In this document: positions 8,899 to 18,124 of the stretch, piece after piece | Layout: every line of letters begins with the position of its first letter | Numbering within the stretch: the stretch's first letter is position 1 | Assembly (NCBI GenBank): GCA_947037025.1 | Contig: CAMQSU010000005.1 | Span: 6,353 to 70,352 of the forward strand | Length of the DNA stretch: 64,000 nt | From: an uncultured Clostridia bacterium | GTDB taxonomy: Bacteria > Bacillota > Clostridia > Christensenellales > UBA3700 | Direction: 5' to 3' | Notes under the pieces: model-generated | The model's input: the letters and a program-made list of their open reading frames with translations, nothing else | Database searches by the model: none | What the model was told of the DNA's origin: nothing | Made by a program: the position numbers and the translations under genes

Positions 8899-9153
8899 AT
8901 GACTAAGTTAGATATCGCAAAAAAAAGAGTTGAGTTGTTACAAGGTAGATTTATCAAGTTTAAGATAAATGAGGGACGAAATAGGTTTTCGTTTTACGAA
9001 GGGAGCATTGACCAACTACACCCAAACATTTTCACGGTAAAAACTGTAATGTACGGCAATGAGAGGACATTATCCTTCACATATGTGGAAGTATTGTCAA
9101 AAATAGTAAAATTTTACCCAATCGAAGAAAAATCTCAAGACATTTTGTCATAA
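8899..9153 (+). CDS. veg: Veg family protein (DUF1021)
   Basis: The 84-aa product has the pattern L.GR.IKFKINEGRNRFSFYEGSI...P.IF.V......ER.LSFTY.E.L, which matches B. subtilis Veg as I recall it. A GGAGG RBS is present. Confidence 0.8.
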   Translation: MTKLDIAKKRVELLQGRFIKFKINEGRNRFSFYEGSIDQLHPNIFTVKTVMYGNERTLSFTYVEVLSKIVKFYPIEEKSQDILS

Positions 9154-9242
9154 TAACCTAATTCCTCTAATATATTTAAAGAGATAATGCAGGGCGGAAG
9201 GTGTTGCTAATGCTCGCACTAATATTTATTTTTGGAGGCAAG

Positions 9243-10766
9243 ATGATGGAGAATGAGTTAGATTTCTTAGAAATGAAAAATGAGTCTGTGGTAAAGTATG
9301 GTAAGACATCTGCAACTGCGCAATGTAATATTGACAGTTCAGCAAAAGGTGGTGTATCTAAGCTGCTATCGGTAACAAGTAGCGTTGCAAGTGCAAGCGT
9401 TGAGAGAGCTGGTGATGTATGCAAAGTAACAGCTACGCTAAATTGCAAGGTTATATTTGTAAACCATGATGGCGAAATGGATAGCTATGACTATTTAAGT
9501 GAGTTTTCTACAATGGTATCTGGCGATGTGAAAGTTGCAGATAGCATGGTTCAAATGTGGGCAATGTGCAATGTGCTTGATGTTGACAGTAGCGTACGAG
9601 GTGATTTGATTGCAGTGCAGTCAGTTATTAGTATTGAAGTAGTGGGCGTATGTGCTACTACTTGCAAGTGCATAGCAAATACTGATGAGGATACTCTTGT
9701 AAAGACAGAGAGCGTTCCATGTCAGCTTGCTACAATCCTTCGTGATACTTTCAGTATTGATGAGGACTATGAGAGCGGTGCGGATATTGAAAAGATTTTA
9801 TTCTTTGATTCATCATGTATCGTAACAGGCACTCAGGCAAATGAGGGCAAGGCAATGGTTAGCGGAACATTATGCTCAACAGTTGTGTACATGGCTGATG
9901 GCAAACTTTGCTCTAAATCGTTCAACATTCCATTCGCTGAGGAAATTGCAATGGCAGGAATGTGCGAGTGTGATAAGCTAGCTGTTTCCGTTATGGTGTC
10001 AGATAGCAAAATTGTTATCAGTGGAGTTGAGGGGGATAATGTATTATGTCTTCAGTTTGAGCTTGTATGTAATGGTATTTGTTACATTACAGAGTCACAA
10101 ACAGTTATTCTTGATATGTACTCACCAAACCATAAGTTAGAGATGGAGTATTGTGAGAGTAATTACAATGAGTATCTAGGACAAACATCACTATCTGATA
10201 AGATTATCGGCAGTGCGGAACTTGCAGAAGACATTGCACCAGCACATAAAATCCTTGCAACTACAATTAGTAGGCAAGTTGTCGCAAATACATATATTGA
10301 TAACGGCATGATGATGGTAGAAGGTCTGCTTGCGTGCAACGTGATTTATGAGGATGCAAACGGCGATTGCTGCTCTATCATGGTAGAGCTTCCTTACAGC
10401 TTGCAGTTTGACGGTGCAAGTTACGATGAGAGTGCTAGCTATATCTGTGAGAGCATGATTGAGCAGCTTTACTCTAAAATTAAGCGTGACCGTGAAATAG
10501 AAGTTACTGCAATGATCAGTTTATATGTAATGTGTGATAAGCCAATGACTACTAAATGCGTATGCAATTATGCTAAGGGGGAGGAGATTTGTGCGGAAGA
10601 ATATGGAATGAGCATATATCACTCTACTGAAGGCGAGAGCTTGTGGGATATTGCTAAAGTCATGAACGCGCCAATGCATGAGCTTGCAAGACAGAACGCA
10701 AACTTAGAGGACGGCTCACGTGGTCAAAATGTGGTATATTACAGACAGCTTAAAAAGTCTGTATAA
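9243..10766 (+). CDS. SPOCS (DUF3794) repeat protein with C-terminal LysM domain, SipL/SpoVID-like spore-coat morphogenetic protein
   Basis: The size and architecture resemble C. difficile SipL: repeated beta-rich Cys-containing modules and a C-terminal LysM-like block (YHSTEGESLWDIAKVMNAPMHELARQN). I moved the start to the ATG at 9243/9246, behind GGAGG (9234-9238), rather than the track start at 9201. Confidence 0.65.
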   Translation: MMENELDFLEMKNESVVKYGKTSATAQCNIDSSAKGGVSKLLSVTSSVASASVERAGDVCKVTATLNCKVIFVNHDGEMDSYDYLSEFSTMVSGDVKVADSMVQMWAMCNVLDVDSSVRGDLIAVQSVISIEVVGVCATTCKCIANTDEDTLVKTESVPCQLATILRDTFSIDEDYESGADIEKILFFDSSCIVTGTQANEGKAMVSGTLCSTVVYMADGKLCSKSFNIPFAEEIAMAGMCECDKLAVSVMVSDSKIVISGVEGDNVLCLQFELVCNGICYITESQTVILDMYSPNHKLEMEYCESNYNEYLGQTSLSDKIIGSAELAEDIAPAHKILATTISRQVVANTYIDNGMMMVEGLLACNVIYEDANGDCCSIMVELPYSLQFDGASYDESASYICESMIEQLYSKIKRDREIEVTAMISLYVMCDKPMTTKCVCNYAKGEEICAEEYGMSIYHSTEGESLWDIAKVMNAPMHELARQNANLEDGSRGQNVVYYRQLKKSV

Positions 10767-10865
10767 TGTAATCTTATAAAGTATTTAGTATTGTAACAAG
10801 TCATGCGATTTAGCAATTAAGTTTGCAGCAAATAAATAATAGTGCTTATAATAAGTGCACAACTA

Positions 10866-10911
10866 TATATAGAAGGCGATAGGCTGTTTTGCTTATCGCC
10901 TTCTATTTTTT
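10866..10911 (+). terminator. rho-independent terminator (left copy of a 46-bp repeat)
   Basis: A 13-bp perfect stem atagaaggcgata / tatcgccttctat is followed by a T run. The same element recurs at 15258-15304. Confidence 0.8.
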
Positions 10912-11198
10912 CATGGTATGTTTTCTATTTGTAGGCAAGTTGCGATTTATTATTTATTAACGTTGCTGATTATCGGCAAAAAGTCACTTATTATACAAAT
11001 TAACCAAACAGCGTATAATGATACATGTCAGACGGTTTATTTTCAAAGCATTACCACTTAATGCAAAATAGTGACCACATAACGCAAGCCTATTGACAAA
11101 TATTGAATATCATGATACTTTAGAAGTATATATATAAATGTCAAATTATGTCGAATACAGCTGCAAAAAACCTAAAAGCAAAACATATGGAGGAAAAT

Positions 11199-13157
11199 AT
11201 GAGATTATCAAAGATTTTTAAGTCAATATTTATTACATTTGTAATAGTAATGTTAGGCTGCGTGGGCTTAGTTGCTTGTGCACAGCCTGTGCGAGAAAAT
11301 ATTACTATTACATTCTTGGCTAATTGTGATGATGGTGCTTTCGCATTTCAAGAAACCAATGGTATAGATTTTAGATTGGATTACAATCAGTTTGTAAGGG
11401 ATGGATATGCCTTTAAGGGATGGAACTCATCAATAGCAAATGCAAATTTAGGCAAAGTCGAATATGAGGACACTGTCTATTGTTATATGGATGCAGATGT
11501 AACATTATTTGCAGTGTGGGAAAAGATTGAGGCATTAGAGTATTCGTTTAATCAATTTTCAAAGACAGCAAAAATAACAGAAGCATCAAAATCTATCAAA
11601 AAGATTTCTGTTCCTACAACTGTTAAGGATGAATTAGGTGTCACTTATACTGTTACGAGTATAGGTGATGAAGCATTTATGTTGAATTATGCATTGGAAA
11701 CATTGATATTTGAAGAAGATAGTCAGCTAAAGTCAATCGGCAATAATGCATTTTATCAATGCGGAAGTTTGAAGGTTTTAAGATTGCCAAATTCGATTGT
11801 AAGTATAGGAAATAGTGCATTTAGTGGCTGTCGCGAACTTGTAAGGATGACTATACCTTATGGTGTTAAAGAGATCAATAACGGTGTTTTTTTTGAATGT
11901 AATAGTCTTTCAAGTATAATAATATCTAACAGCGTGACAGCAATTGGCGATAGTGCATTTCAGTATTGCACGGCACTAAAAGAGATAATAATACCTGACA
12001 GCGTGATAGCAATTGACTACAATGCATTTCGGGATTGCACGGCACTGGAAAATATAATAATACCTGACAGCGTGATAGCAATTGGCTACAATGCATTTCG
12101 GGATTGCACGGCACTGGAAAATATAATAATGCCTAATAGCCTGAAAGCAATTGAAGATACTACATTTCAGGGTTGCGTAGCACTAACAGAAATAACAATC
12201 CCGAATACAGTGACAACAATTGGTTCGAATGCCTTTAATGATTGCAGCGAACTAATAAGTATAACAATCCCAAATAGTGTAGCTAGTCTAAAAATAGATG
12301 ACTATAGAAGGTCATTATTTGATGGCTGTATCAAGCTTGAAGCTATAAATGTAGACGAAGGAAATCTTAATTATTCAAGTATCGATGGCGTACTATTTAA
12401 TAAAAATAAAGAAATTTTAGTCTCTTATCCGCAAGGAAAGCTTAGCGTAAATTATGTTGTACCTAGTAGTACGGAAACGATCAAAATGTTTGCATTTTCT
12501 GGCAACACCGGACTTAGACATATAAAAACGCCTAGTACTCTTAAGTATATTCAAAGTTATGCATTTGCAGACTGTCTATTACTTTATGAAGTAATAATAG
12601 CAGAGGGTTTGTTAAGTTTAGGAGACAATATTTTTGACGGCTGCATCGAACTTACAAGTATATCACTTCCTGCTACTCTTAAGTATATTCAAAGTTATGC
12701 ATTTGCAGGATGCACTAAATTGGAGGGCATACATGTCGCAGAAGGCAATTCGAAATATGCAAGCATAGATGGTGTACTATTTAATCACGATAAAACGGAG
12801 TTAATCACTTATCCACAAGGCAAAAAAACGAGCACTTATGTTGTTCCAAATAGTGTGATAAAAATTAGAAAAAATGCATTTTCCAAATGCGACTTAGTGA
12901 CTAAAATTGTTTTTCAAGATGGAGGGACAACAATTGATTCAAACGCTTTCAATGGTTGCACTGGTTTAACTAGTATAATTATACCGGCAAGTGTGACTTA
13001 TATAGGAGAATACGCATTCAAGGGTTGTGATAGCATGAACAATATCTATATGGTAAAAGAAAACAGCAATGGGATGATATTGGAAAATGGATGGAATGAT
13101 TATAGTGAATACGAAGACGGAGGAAGGATTGATGTTACGTGGGGCTATAAAGCATAA
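11199..13157 (+). CDS. surface lipoprotein with Listeria-Bacteroides repeat and BspA-type leucine-rich repeats (copy 1)
   Basis: The signal peptide ends in the lipobox LVAC. A GYAFKGWN Flg_new-type module follows, then many roughly 23-aa repeats of the form I.IP.SV..IG..AF..C..L. I set the start at the ATG at 11199, behind GGAGGAAAAT. Confidence 0.8.
   Translation: MRLSKIFKSIFITFVIVMLGCVGLVACAQPVRENITITFLANCDDGAFAFQETNGIDFRLDYNQFVRDGYAFKGWNSSIANANLGKVEYEDTVYCYMDADVTLFAVWEKIEALEYSFNQFSKTAKITEASKSIKKISVPTTVKDELGVTYTVTSIGDEAFMLNYALETLIFEEDSQLKSIGNNAFYQCGSLKVLRLPNSIVSIGNSAFSGCRELVRMTIPYGVKEINNGVFFECNSLSSIIISNSVTAIGDSAFQYCTALKEIIIPDSVIAIDYNAFRDCTALENIIIPDSVIAIGYNAFRDCTALENIIMPNSLKAIEDTTFQGCVALTEITIPNTVTTIGSNAFNDCSELISITIPNSVASLKIDDYRRSLFDGCIKLEAINVDEGNLNYSSIDGVLFNKNKEILVSYPQGKLSVNYVVPSSTETIKMFAFSGNTGLRHIKTPSTLKYIQSYAFADCLLLYEVIIAEGLLSLGDNIFDGCIELTSISLPATLKYIQSYAFAGCTKLEGIHVAEGNSKYASIDGVLFNHDKTELITYPQGKKTSTYVVPNSVIKIRKNAFSKCDLVTKIVFQDGGTTIDSNAFNGCTGLTSIIIPASVTYIGEYAFKGCDSMNNIYMVKENSNGMILENGWNDYSEYEDGGRIDVTWGYKA
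11985..12122 (+). repeat. near-perfect 69-bp tandem duplication inside LRR gene 1
   Basis: Two adjacent 69-bp units differ at one base (gactac versus ggctac). They encode IIIPDSVIAI(D/G)YNAFRDCTALEN twice. Confidence 0.9.
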
Positions 13158-13250
13158 AAGATATTTACTAGCAGTTTAGTAAATTAATAAAAAAATGAAA
13201 ACAAGATTTTTAGCTTTTTATTGCAAAAAGCTACTGATAAGGAGGAAAAT

Positions 13251-15197
13251 ATGCGTAGATCTAAAGTGATTAAAATATTATTTATCGGATTAATGACTGT
13301 TTTGTTATGCTGTGCCTGTTTGGTAGCATGTTCAGGACAGGTCACTACTTATACAATTACATTTATGGCTAATGGTGGTGAGGGCACTGTTGAACCGCAA
13401 GTGGCAGAAGGCTCTATACGCTTGAACGTAAATGTATTCGAAAACGACGGGTATGCTTTTATGGGGTGGAATACATCAGAAGAAAATGCGAATTTGAACA
13501 TAGTACAATATGAGGACAATGCCAATGTTATTACAGATAAAGATCTAACATTACATGCAGTGTGGGAAGAAATTGTAGCGTTAGAGTATTCGTTTAACCT
13601 AGAGTCAAAGACAGCTAGGATAACTTCAGCATCAAACCTTATCAAAAACATTTCTGTTCCTACAACTGTTAAGGACAGTTCTGGTGTTGACTATACTGTT
13701 ACAAGTATAGAGGATAAAGTGTTTTATGAAAATGCTAAATTACAGTCATTGGTATTTGAAGAAGATAGTCAGTTAAAGTCAATTGGAAACAATGCATTTG
13801 GGTCATGTGTAAATTTGACAAGCATTGATATTCCTAAAAACGTAAGGGAGATAGGCGATCAAGCATTTAATAGATGTTATGGTCTTACCAGCATAACACT
13901 ACCTACAAGTATGTCAAATATTGGGGACAGTGCATTTTTCGAATGTACTTCGCTTGCAAGTATAACTTTTCCTAACGATATGAGTGTAATTAGCAGATTC
14001 TTATTTTATGGTTGCAGCAAACTTACATCTATAGTGATTTCTGATGATGTGAGAACAATTGGCGACAGTGCATTTAATGGTTGTGGCTTTGAAAGTATAG
14101 TGATTCCTAGTGGTGTAACCAATATCGAGAAATATTATGCTAATACTTCTATATTTGAAAATTGCATTAACCTTGAGAGTATAAATGTCGAGAAAGACAA
14201 TCCCAATTATTCAAGTATCGATGGTGTGCTATTTAATAAAAGTAAAGATACTTTAATCGCATATCCATTTGGGAAGCATATTGATAACTATGTTATACCT
14301 AATAATGTTATTAATATCGAATGGAATTCATTTTATGGTATCAACGTGGTAAAAACCGTGACAATTCCAGCTAGTCTTACAGTAATTACAGCGTCTGGGT
14401 TTTCTCATTTCACAGGACTTACTAGTATAATAATACCCAATACGGTGAAAACAATTGAATCTTATGCATTTTCAGGTTGCATCGGACTTACTAGTATAAC
14501 AATACCCGATAGTGTGACATCAGTTGAATATCATGCATTTACTAACTGCACCGGACTAACTAGCGTTAAAATGTCAAAGAGTGTTTTAAGTATTGAACGT
14601 TATACATTTTATGAGTGCAGTGCGCTAACAGATATCATAATACCTGATGGTGTAAGGACAATTGAAGATGGTGGATTTTTAGGTTGCACAAGACTTGAGA
14701 CTGTAATAATACCTGATAGTGTGAGCTATATTGACCGTGGTGCATTTTTCTTATGCGCTTCGCTTACAAGTATAAAAGTGGATAGTGGCAATCCAAATTA
14801 TGCAAGTATAGATGGAGTATTATTTGATGATGAAAAAAAGAACTTAATAGAATATCCTAGTGGAAAATCAAATGATACATATATTATTCCATCGGGTGTG
14901 AAAACAATTGGATCTTCTGCATTTAATGATTGCACAAGCCTAACTAGTATAACAATAGCCGATAGTGTAACAAGTATCGAAGATTCTGCATTTAGGGACT
15001 GCACAGCCCTTACTAGCATAACAATACCAAGTAGCGTGACAAGTATCGGAGATGATGCATTTTGGGGTTGCAATAACTTATCTAATATATATATGATTAG
15101 AGAGAGTAGTGAAGGTATGAAATTATCTGATGATTGGAATAGTTATAAACGGGGTGAAGGCGGAGTGATTAACACTGTATGGGGATATAAAGGATAA
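13251..15197 (+). CDS. surface lipoprotein with Listeria-Bacteroides repeat and BspA-type leucine-rich repeats (copy 2)
   Basis: This is a paralogue of the upstream gene. It has the same AGGAGGAAAATATG start context, LVAC lipobox, GYAFMGWN module, shared block ALEYSFN...ISVPTTVKD...EEDSQLKSIGNNAF, and C-terminal WGYK(A/G). Confidence 0.8.
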   Translation: MRRSKVIKILFIGLMTVLLCCACLVACSGQVTTYTITFMANGGEGTVEPQVAEGSIRLNVNVFENDGYAFMGWNTSEENANLNIVQYEDNANVITDKDLTLHAVWEEIVALEYSFNLESKTARITSASNLIKNISVPTTVKDSSGVDYTVTSIEDKVFYENAKLQSLVFEEDSQLKSIGNNAFGSCVNLTSIDIPKNVREIGDQAFNRCYGLTSITLPTSMSNIGDSAFFECTSLASITFPNDMSVISRFLFYGCSKLTSIVISDDVRTIGDSAFNGCGFESIVIPSGVTNIEKYYANTSIFENCINLESINVEKDNPNYSSIDGVLFNKSKDTLIAYPFGKHIDNYVIPNNVINIEWNSFYGINVVKTVTIPASLTVITASGFSHFTGLTSIIIPNTVKTIESYAFSGCIGLTSITIPDSVTSVEYHAFTNCTGLTSVKMSKSVLSIERYTFYECSALTDIIIPDGVRTIEDGGFLGCTRLETVIIPDSVSYIDRGAFFLCASLTSIKVDSGNPNYASIDGVLFDDEKKNLIEYPSGKSNDTYIIPSGVKTIGSSAFNDCTSLTSITIADSVTSIEDSAFRDCTALTSITIPSSVTSIGDDAFWGCNNLSNIYMIRESSEGMKLSDDWNSYKRGEGGVINTVWGYKG

Positions 15198-15257
15198 TCC
15201 ACTCGAAACAATAATATCAGAAACAAGGAGCCTGCACTAATTTATTTGTTAAATAAG

Positions 15258-15304
15258 TATATAGAAGGAGATAGGCTGTTTTGCTTATCGCCTTCTATTT
15301 TTTT
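15258..15304 (+). terminator. rho-independent terminator (right copy of the 46-bp repeat)
   Basis: The sequence is the same as 10866-10911 apart from one base in the 5' stem arm (atagaaggagata), followed by a T run. Confidence 0.75.
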
Positions 15305-15492
15305 AGTGAAAGTTTTAGTGGCAGGACTGCAACTAAAAAGATATAAAACAATGCACCTATATTGAAATCAATTAACTATATAATAAGTGTAGATATGTAA
15401 TTATAATAAGTGCTTATTAATATGTATAAAACTTGCTATAAAATTATAACAATATTGTCACAATTTTAGCAAAGAATTTACTATAAAATGAA

Positions 15493-15521
15493 TTGCAATT
15501 TTGCCATTAATAAGGTATAAT
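15493..15521 (+). promoter_or_regulatory. sigma-A type promoter abutting the ispE start codon
   Basis: TTGCAA (15493-15498), 17-nt spacer, TATAAT (15516-15521). The in-frame ATG at 15528 begins 7 nt after the -10 hexamer. Confidence 0.5.
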
Positions 15522-15527
15522 AATGAA

Positions 15528-16379
15528 ATGGGCGAATTAATTAATAAACTAAAAGTTAGAGTCAATGCAAAGGTTAATCTTACGCTAGATGTGCTAGGCA
15601 CGTATGGCGAAGGCTTTCACGAGCTTGATAGCATTATGGCATCGGTAGGAATCTTTGATATAGTCGAGTGCGAAAAATCTGACGACGTCAAGGTAATAAT
15701 GGATGGCAAAGTGCAAGGCGCGCGTAACACGGCATACAAGGCGTGGGATATTTGTCGCACTGAGTACGGGATTGGCGGATTGAATATTTCAATCACTAAG
15801 GGCATACCTTTTCAGGCGGGGCTTGGCGGATCATCCGCTGATGCTAGTGCTGTACTATATTGCATCGGCAAAATTTACGGCTTGACAGATGAGCAGCTTT
15901 TAACAGTTGCAAGGCGTGTCGGCAGTGATGTAGCGTTCATGCTAAAAGGCGGCGTTATGAGGTGCGGCGGAAAAGGGGACGATTTGACAGCGTTGCCATT
16001 TCATGATTATGCGCTACTCATTGTCAAAGGCAGTAGCGGCACAAATACTGGTGAGGTGTTTAGGATGTTTGATTGTCATAAACAAATTTCTGATAATACG
16101 GCAAGATATGTTAGCGGGATAGAAAGTAAGGCGGATAGGCTTGACTCAATCGCAAACGGATTGCAGCACGCAGGGGTCATGTGCAATAAGGATGTATCAA
16201 TGGCAATATCGACACTTAGTGAATTTAGCAGTGTAGTTAGCATGACAGGATCAGGGGCGGGCGTGTTTGCAATTTTACCTAATTTTGAATGTGCAAATGA
16301 TATTGCAAGCGAGCTAAAGAGTAGATTTACTTTTGTTAAAGCATGCAAAGTTCTTGATTATGGTATAAAAGAAATATGA
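15528..16379 (+). CDS. ispE: 4-diphosphocytidyl-2-C-methyl-D-erythritol kinase
   Basis: The GHMP-kinase pattern is present: KVNLTLDV near the N-terminus and IPFQAGLGGSSADASAVL. I set the start at the ATG at 15528, not the track's TTG at 15501. Confidence 0.85.
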   Translation: MGELINKLKVRVNAKVNLTLDVLGTYGEGFHELDSIMASVGIFDIVECEKSDDVKVIMDGKVQGARNTAYKAWDICRTEYGIGGLNISITKGIPFQAGLGGSSADASAVLYCIGKIYGLTDEQLLTVARRVGSDVAFMLKGGVMRCGGKGDDLTALPFHDYALLIVKGSSGTNTGEVFRMFDCHKQISDNTARYVSGIESKADRLDSIANGLQHAGVMCNKDVSMAISTLSEFSSVVSMTGSGAGVFAILPNFECANDIASELKSRFTFVKACKVLDYGIKEI

Positions 16380-16405
16380 TATTACAATAAATATAAGTAA
16401 AATGC

Positions 16406-16434
16406 TTGCTTAATTGTTTTTAATGTTATATAAT
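16406..16434 (+). promoter_or_regulatory. sigma-A type promoter of the SCIFF operon
   Basis: TTGCTT (16406-16411), 17-nt spacer, TATAAT (16429-16434). Confidence 0.5.
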
Positions 16435-16464
16435 ATAGTATAAAATACTGGAGGATTGTGTATT

Positions 16465-16638
16465 ATGAAACATATTAACACTATTGTAGCATCTGGAATG
16501 AAGAAAACAGGAAACATCGGATGTGGTGAATGTCAGTCAAGTTGTCAGTCTGCATGTAAGACAAGCTGTACTGTTGGAAACCAGTCATGCAAGCACCAAG
16601 GCGAGAGAGTAAACACTACTGCTAAACCACTTATCTAA
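16465..16638 (+). CDS. scfA: SCIFF six-cysteine ranthipeptide precursor
   Basis: The core GCGECQSSCQSACKTSCTVGNQSC is the hallmark SCIFF motif. I set the start at the ATG at 16465, 10 nt after GGAGG (16450-16454). The stop overlaps the maturase ATG (TAATG). Confidence 0.9.
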   Translation: MKHINTIVASGMKKTGNIGCGECQSSCQSACKTSCTVGNQSCKHQGERVNTTAKPLI

Positions 16639-17996
16639 TGATACATTCATTTAGATACAATCATAAAGGTAGAGATTTACATTTCATCTTTGATGTTGAG
16701 AGCGGTAGCCTGCATAATGTTGATAGGTCTTGCTATATCATTTCTAAGAGTTTGTACGGAAAGCTAGATTCGGCTGAAAAGTCAGAGCTAGATGGCATGG
16801 ACAAACAGCTTATATGTGAGATTACAGCGGAGCTTAAACAGCTTGAGGGCGAGGGCGGTATTAACTGCGCTAACTATTGCGACTCAGGAGATAAGCAGAT
16901 AGGCGAGATTAAAGCGTTATGCTTACATATCTGTCATGACTGCAACCTTCGATGCAAATATTGTTTTGCTGATGAAGGTACATATCATTCAAAGATACGT
17001 GAGTATATGTCATTTGAAGTAGGACAAAAAGCAATCGATTTCCTTATCGCAAATAGCGGCAAGCGAAAGAGTTTAGAAGTTGACTTTTTTGGCGGCGAGC
17101 CGCTAATGAATTTAGGTGTTGTTAAAAGCATTGTCGAGTATGCAAAAGCTGAAGCTAGCAAGCATGGCAAAGAGTTTAACTTCACAATGACAACTAATTG
17201 CGTGCTACTGACTGACGAAAATATTAAATGGCTTAATGAGGAAATGTATAACGTTGTATTATCTATAGACGGGCGTGAGCTCGTGCATGATAACTTAAGG
17301 CGAACAATCAATGGCAAAGGCTCGCAGTCTTTAGTCCTTGCAAATGCTAAAAAGTTTCGTGAAGTTAGAGGTGATAAGTCATATTATGTGAGAGGTACAT
17401 TTACCGCACATAACTTGGACTTTGCAGCCGATGTGCTTTACCTTAGAGATCAAGGTTTTGACCAAATAAGTGTTGAGCCAGTAGTGTTGCCAGAGGATAG
17501 TCCAATGGCACTAAGGGCAGAGCATTTACCTGCAATTGCTAAGGAATACGAAAAGTTAGCGGCGGAGTATCTTGAGTCAAGAAGTCATGGCAAGTGGTTC
17601 AATTTTTTCCACTTCATGATGGATCTTGATGGTGGGCCGTGCGTGAAGAAACGTATTACAGGCTGCGGGGCTGGATGTGAGTATCTATCAGTTACTCCAT
17701 ACGGCGATATCTATCCTTGTCATCAGTTCTCTGAGGAGAAAGGTTACAAGCTAGGTAGTGTGGTTACGGGCGAGTTCGGATTAGATATTTCTAAAAAGTT
17801 CGCTAAAAATACAGTCTTTAACAAACCTGACTGCATGGTCTGTCCTGCTAAATATTATTGCAGTGGCGGTTGCTGTGCTAACAACACTCACTTCGTGGGT
17901 GATATGTCAAACCCTTATGCGATTAGTTGTGAAATGATGAGGAAACGATTCGAACTATCACTAGCTATTGCAGGAATTGAACGCAGTTTAGTTTAA
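16638..17996 (+). CDS. scfB: radical SAM/SPASM thioether-forming SCIFF maturase
   Basis: The 452-aa product has the CHDCNLRCKYC radical-SAM CxxxCxxC motif and C-terminal SPASM cysteine clusters (CGAGCEYLSV...YPCHQF and CMVCPAKYYCSGGCCANN). It lies immediately downstream of the SCIFF peptide gene. Confidence 0.9.
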   Translation: MIHSFRYNHKGRDLHFIFDVESGSLHNVDRSCYIISKSLYGKLDSAEKSELDGMDKQLICEITAELKQLEGEGGINCANYCDSGDKQIGEIKALCLHICHDCNLRCKYCFADEGTYHSKIREYMSFEVGQKAIDFLIANSGKRKSLEVDFFGGEPLMNLGVVKSIVEYAKAEASKHGKEFNFTMTTNCVLLTDENIKWLNEEMYNVVLSIDGRELVHDNLRRTINGKGSQSLVLANAKKFREVRGDKSYYVRGTFTAHNLDFAADVLYLRDQGFDQISVEPVVLPEDSPMALRAEHLPAIAKEYEKLAAEYLESRSHGKWFNFFHFMMDLDGGPCVKKRITGCGAGCEYLSVTPYGDIYPCHQFSEEKGYKLGSVVTGEFGLDISKKFAKNTVFNKPDCMVCPAKYYCSGGCCANNTHFVGDMSNPYAISCEMMRKRFELSLAIAGIERSLV

Positions 17997-18124
17997 GGTT
18001 TAGATGTATATACATATTGTTATTAATTTTTTATGCTAATTAATTTTTTTGTATCCATTTAGGTTGATATAAAAAGTGAAGTAAGTATATAATTGTTGAA
18101 TAAGTTGTTACGAGGAGGCAAATT

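Noticed and set aside
11926-12114. A 62-aa minus-strand ORF with an internally repeated sequence.
   Set aside because: Its repeat is simply the reverse translation of the 69-bp tandem duplication in the LRR gene.
12809-12817. A perfect DnaA box TTATCCACA inside the first LRR gene.
   Set aside because: It is an isolated site within the coding sequence (codons for TYPQ of the repeated motif ITYPQGK). It is best explained by chance or codon content.
10866-15304. Annotating the LRR cassette as a mobile element.
   Set aside because: No transposase, integrase, recombinase or inverted terminal repeats are present. The direct repeats are functional-looking terminators. I report only an insertion/duplication hypothesis.
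9201-16464. The upstream-extended starts given in the ORF track (9201, 11148, 13221 TTG, 15501 TTG, 16456 TTG).
   Set aside because: In each case a downstream ATG has a properly spaced GGAGG-type RBS (or, for ispE, promoter geometry). That ATG also yields an N-terminus typical of the family, such as a signal peptide starting MR..K or the SCIFF start MKHI.
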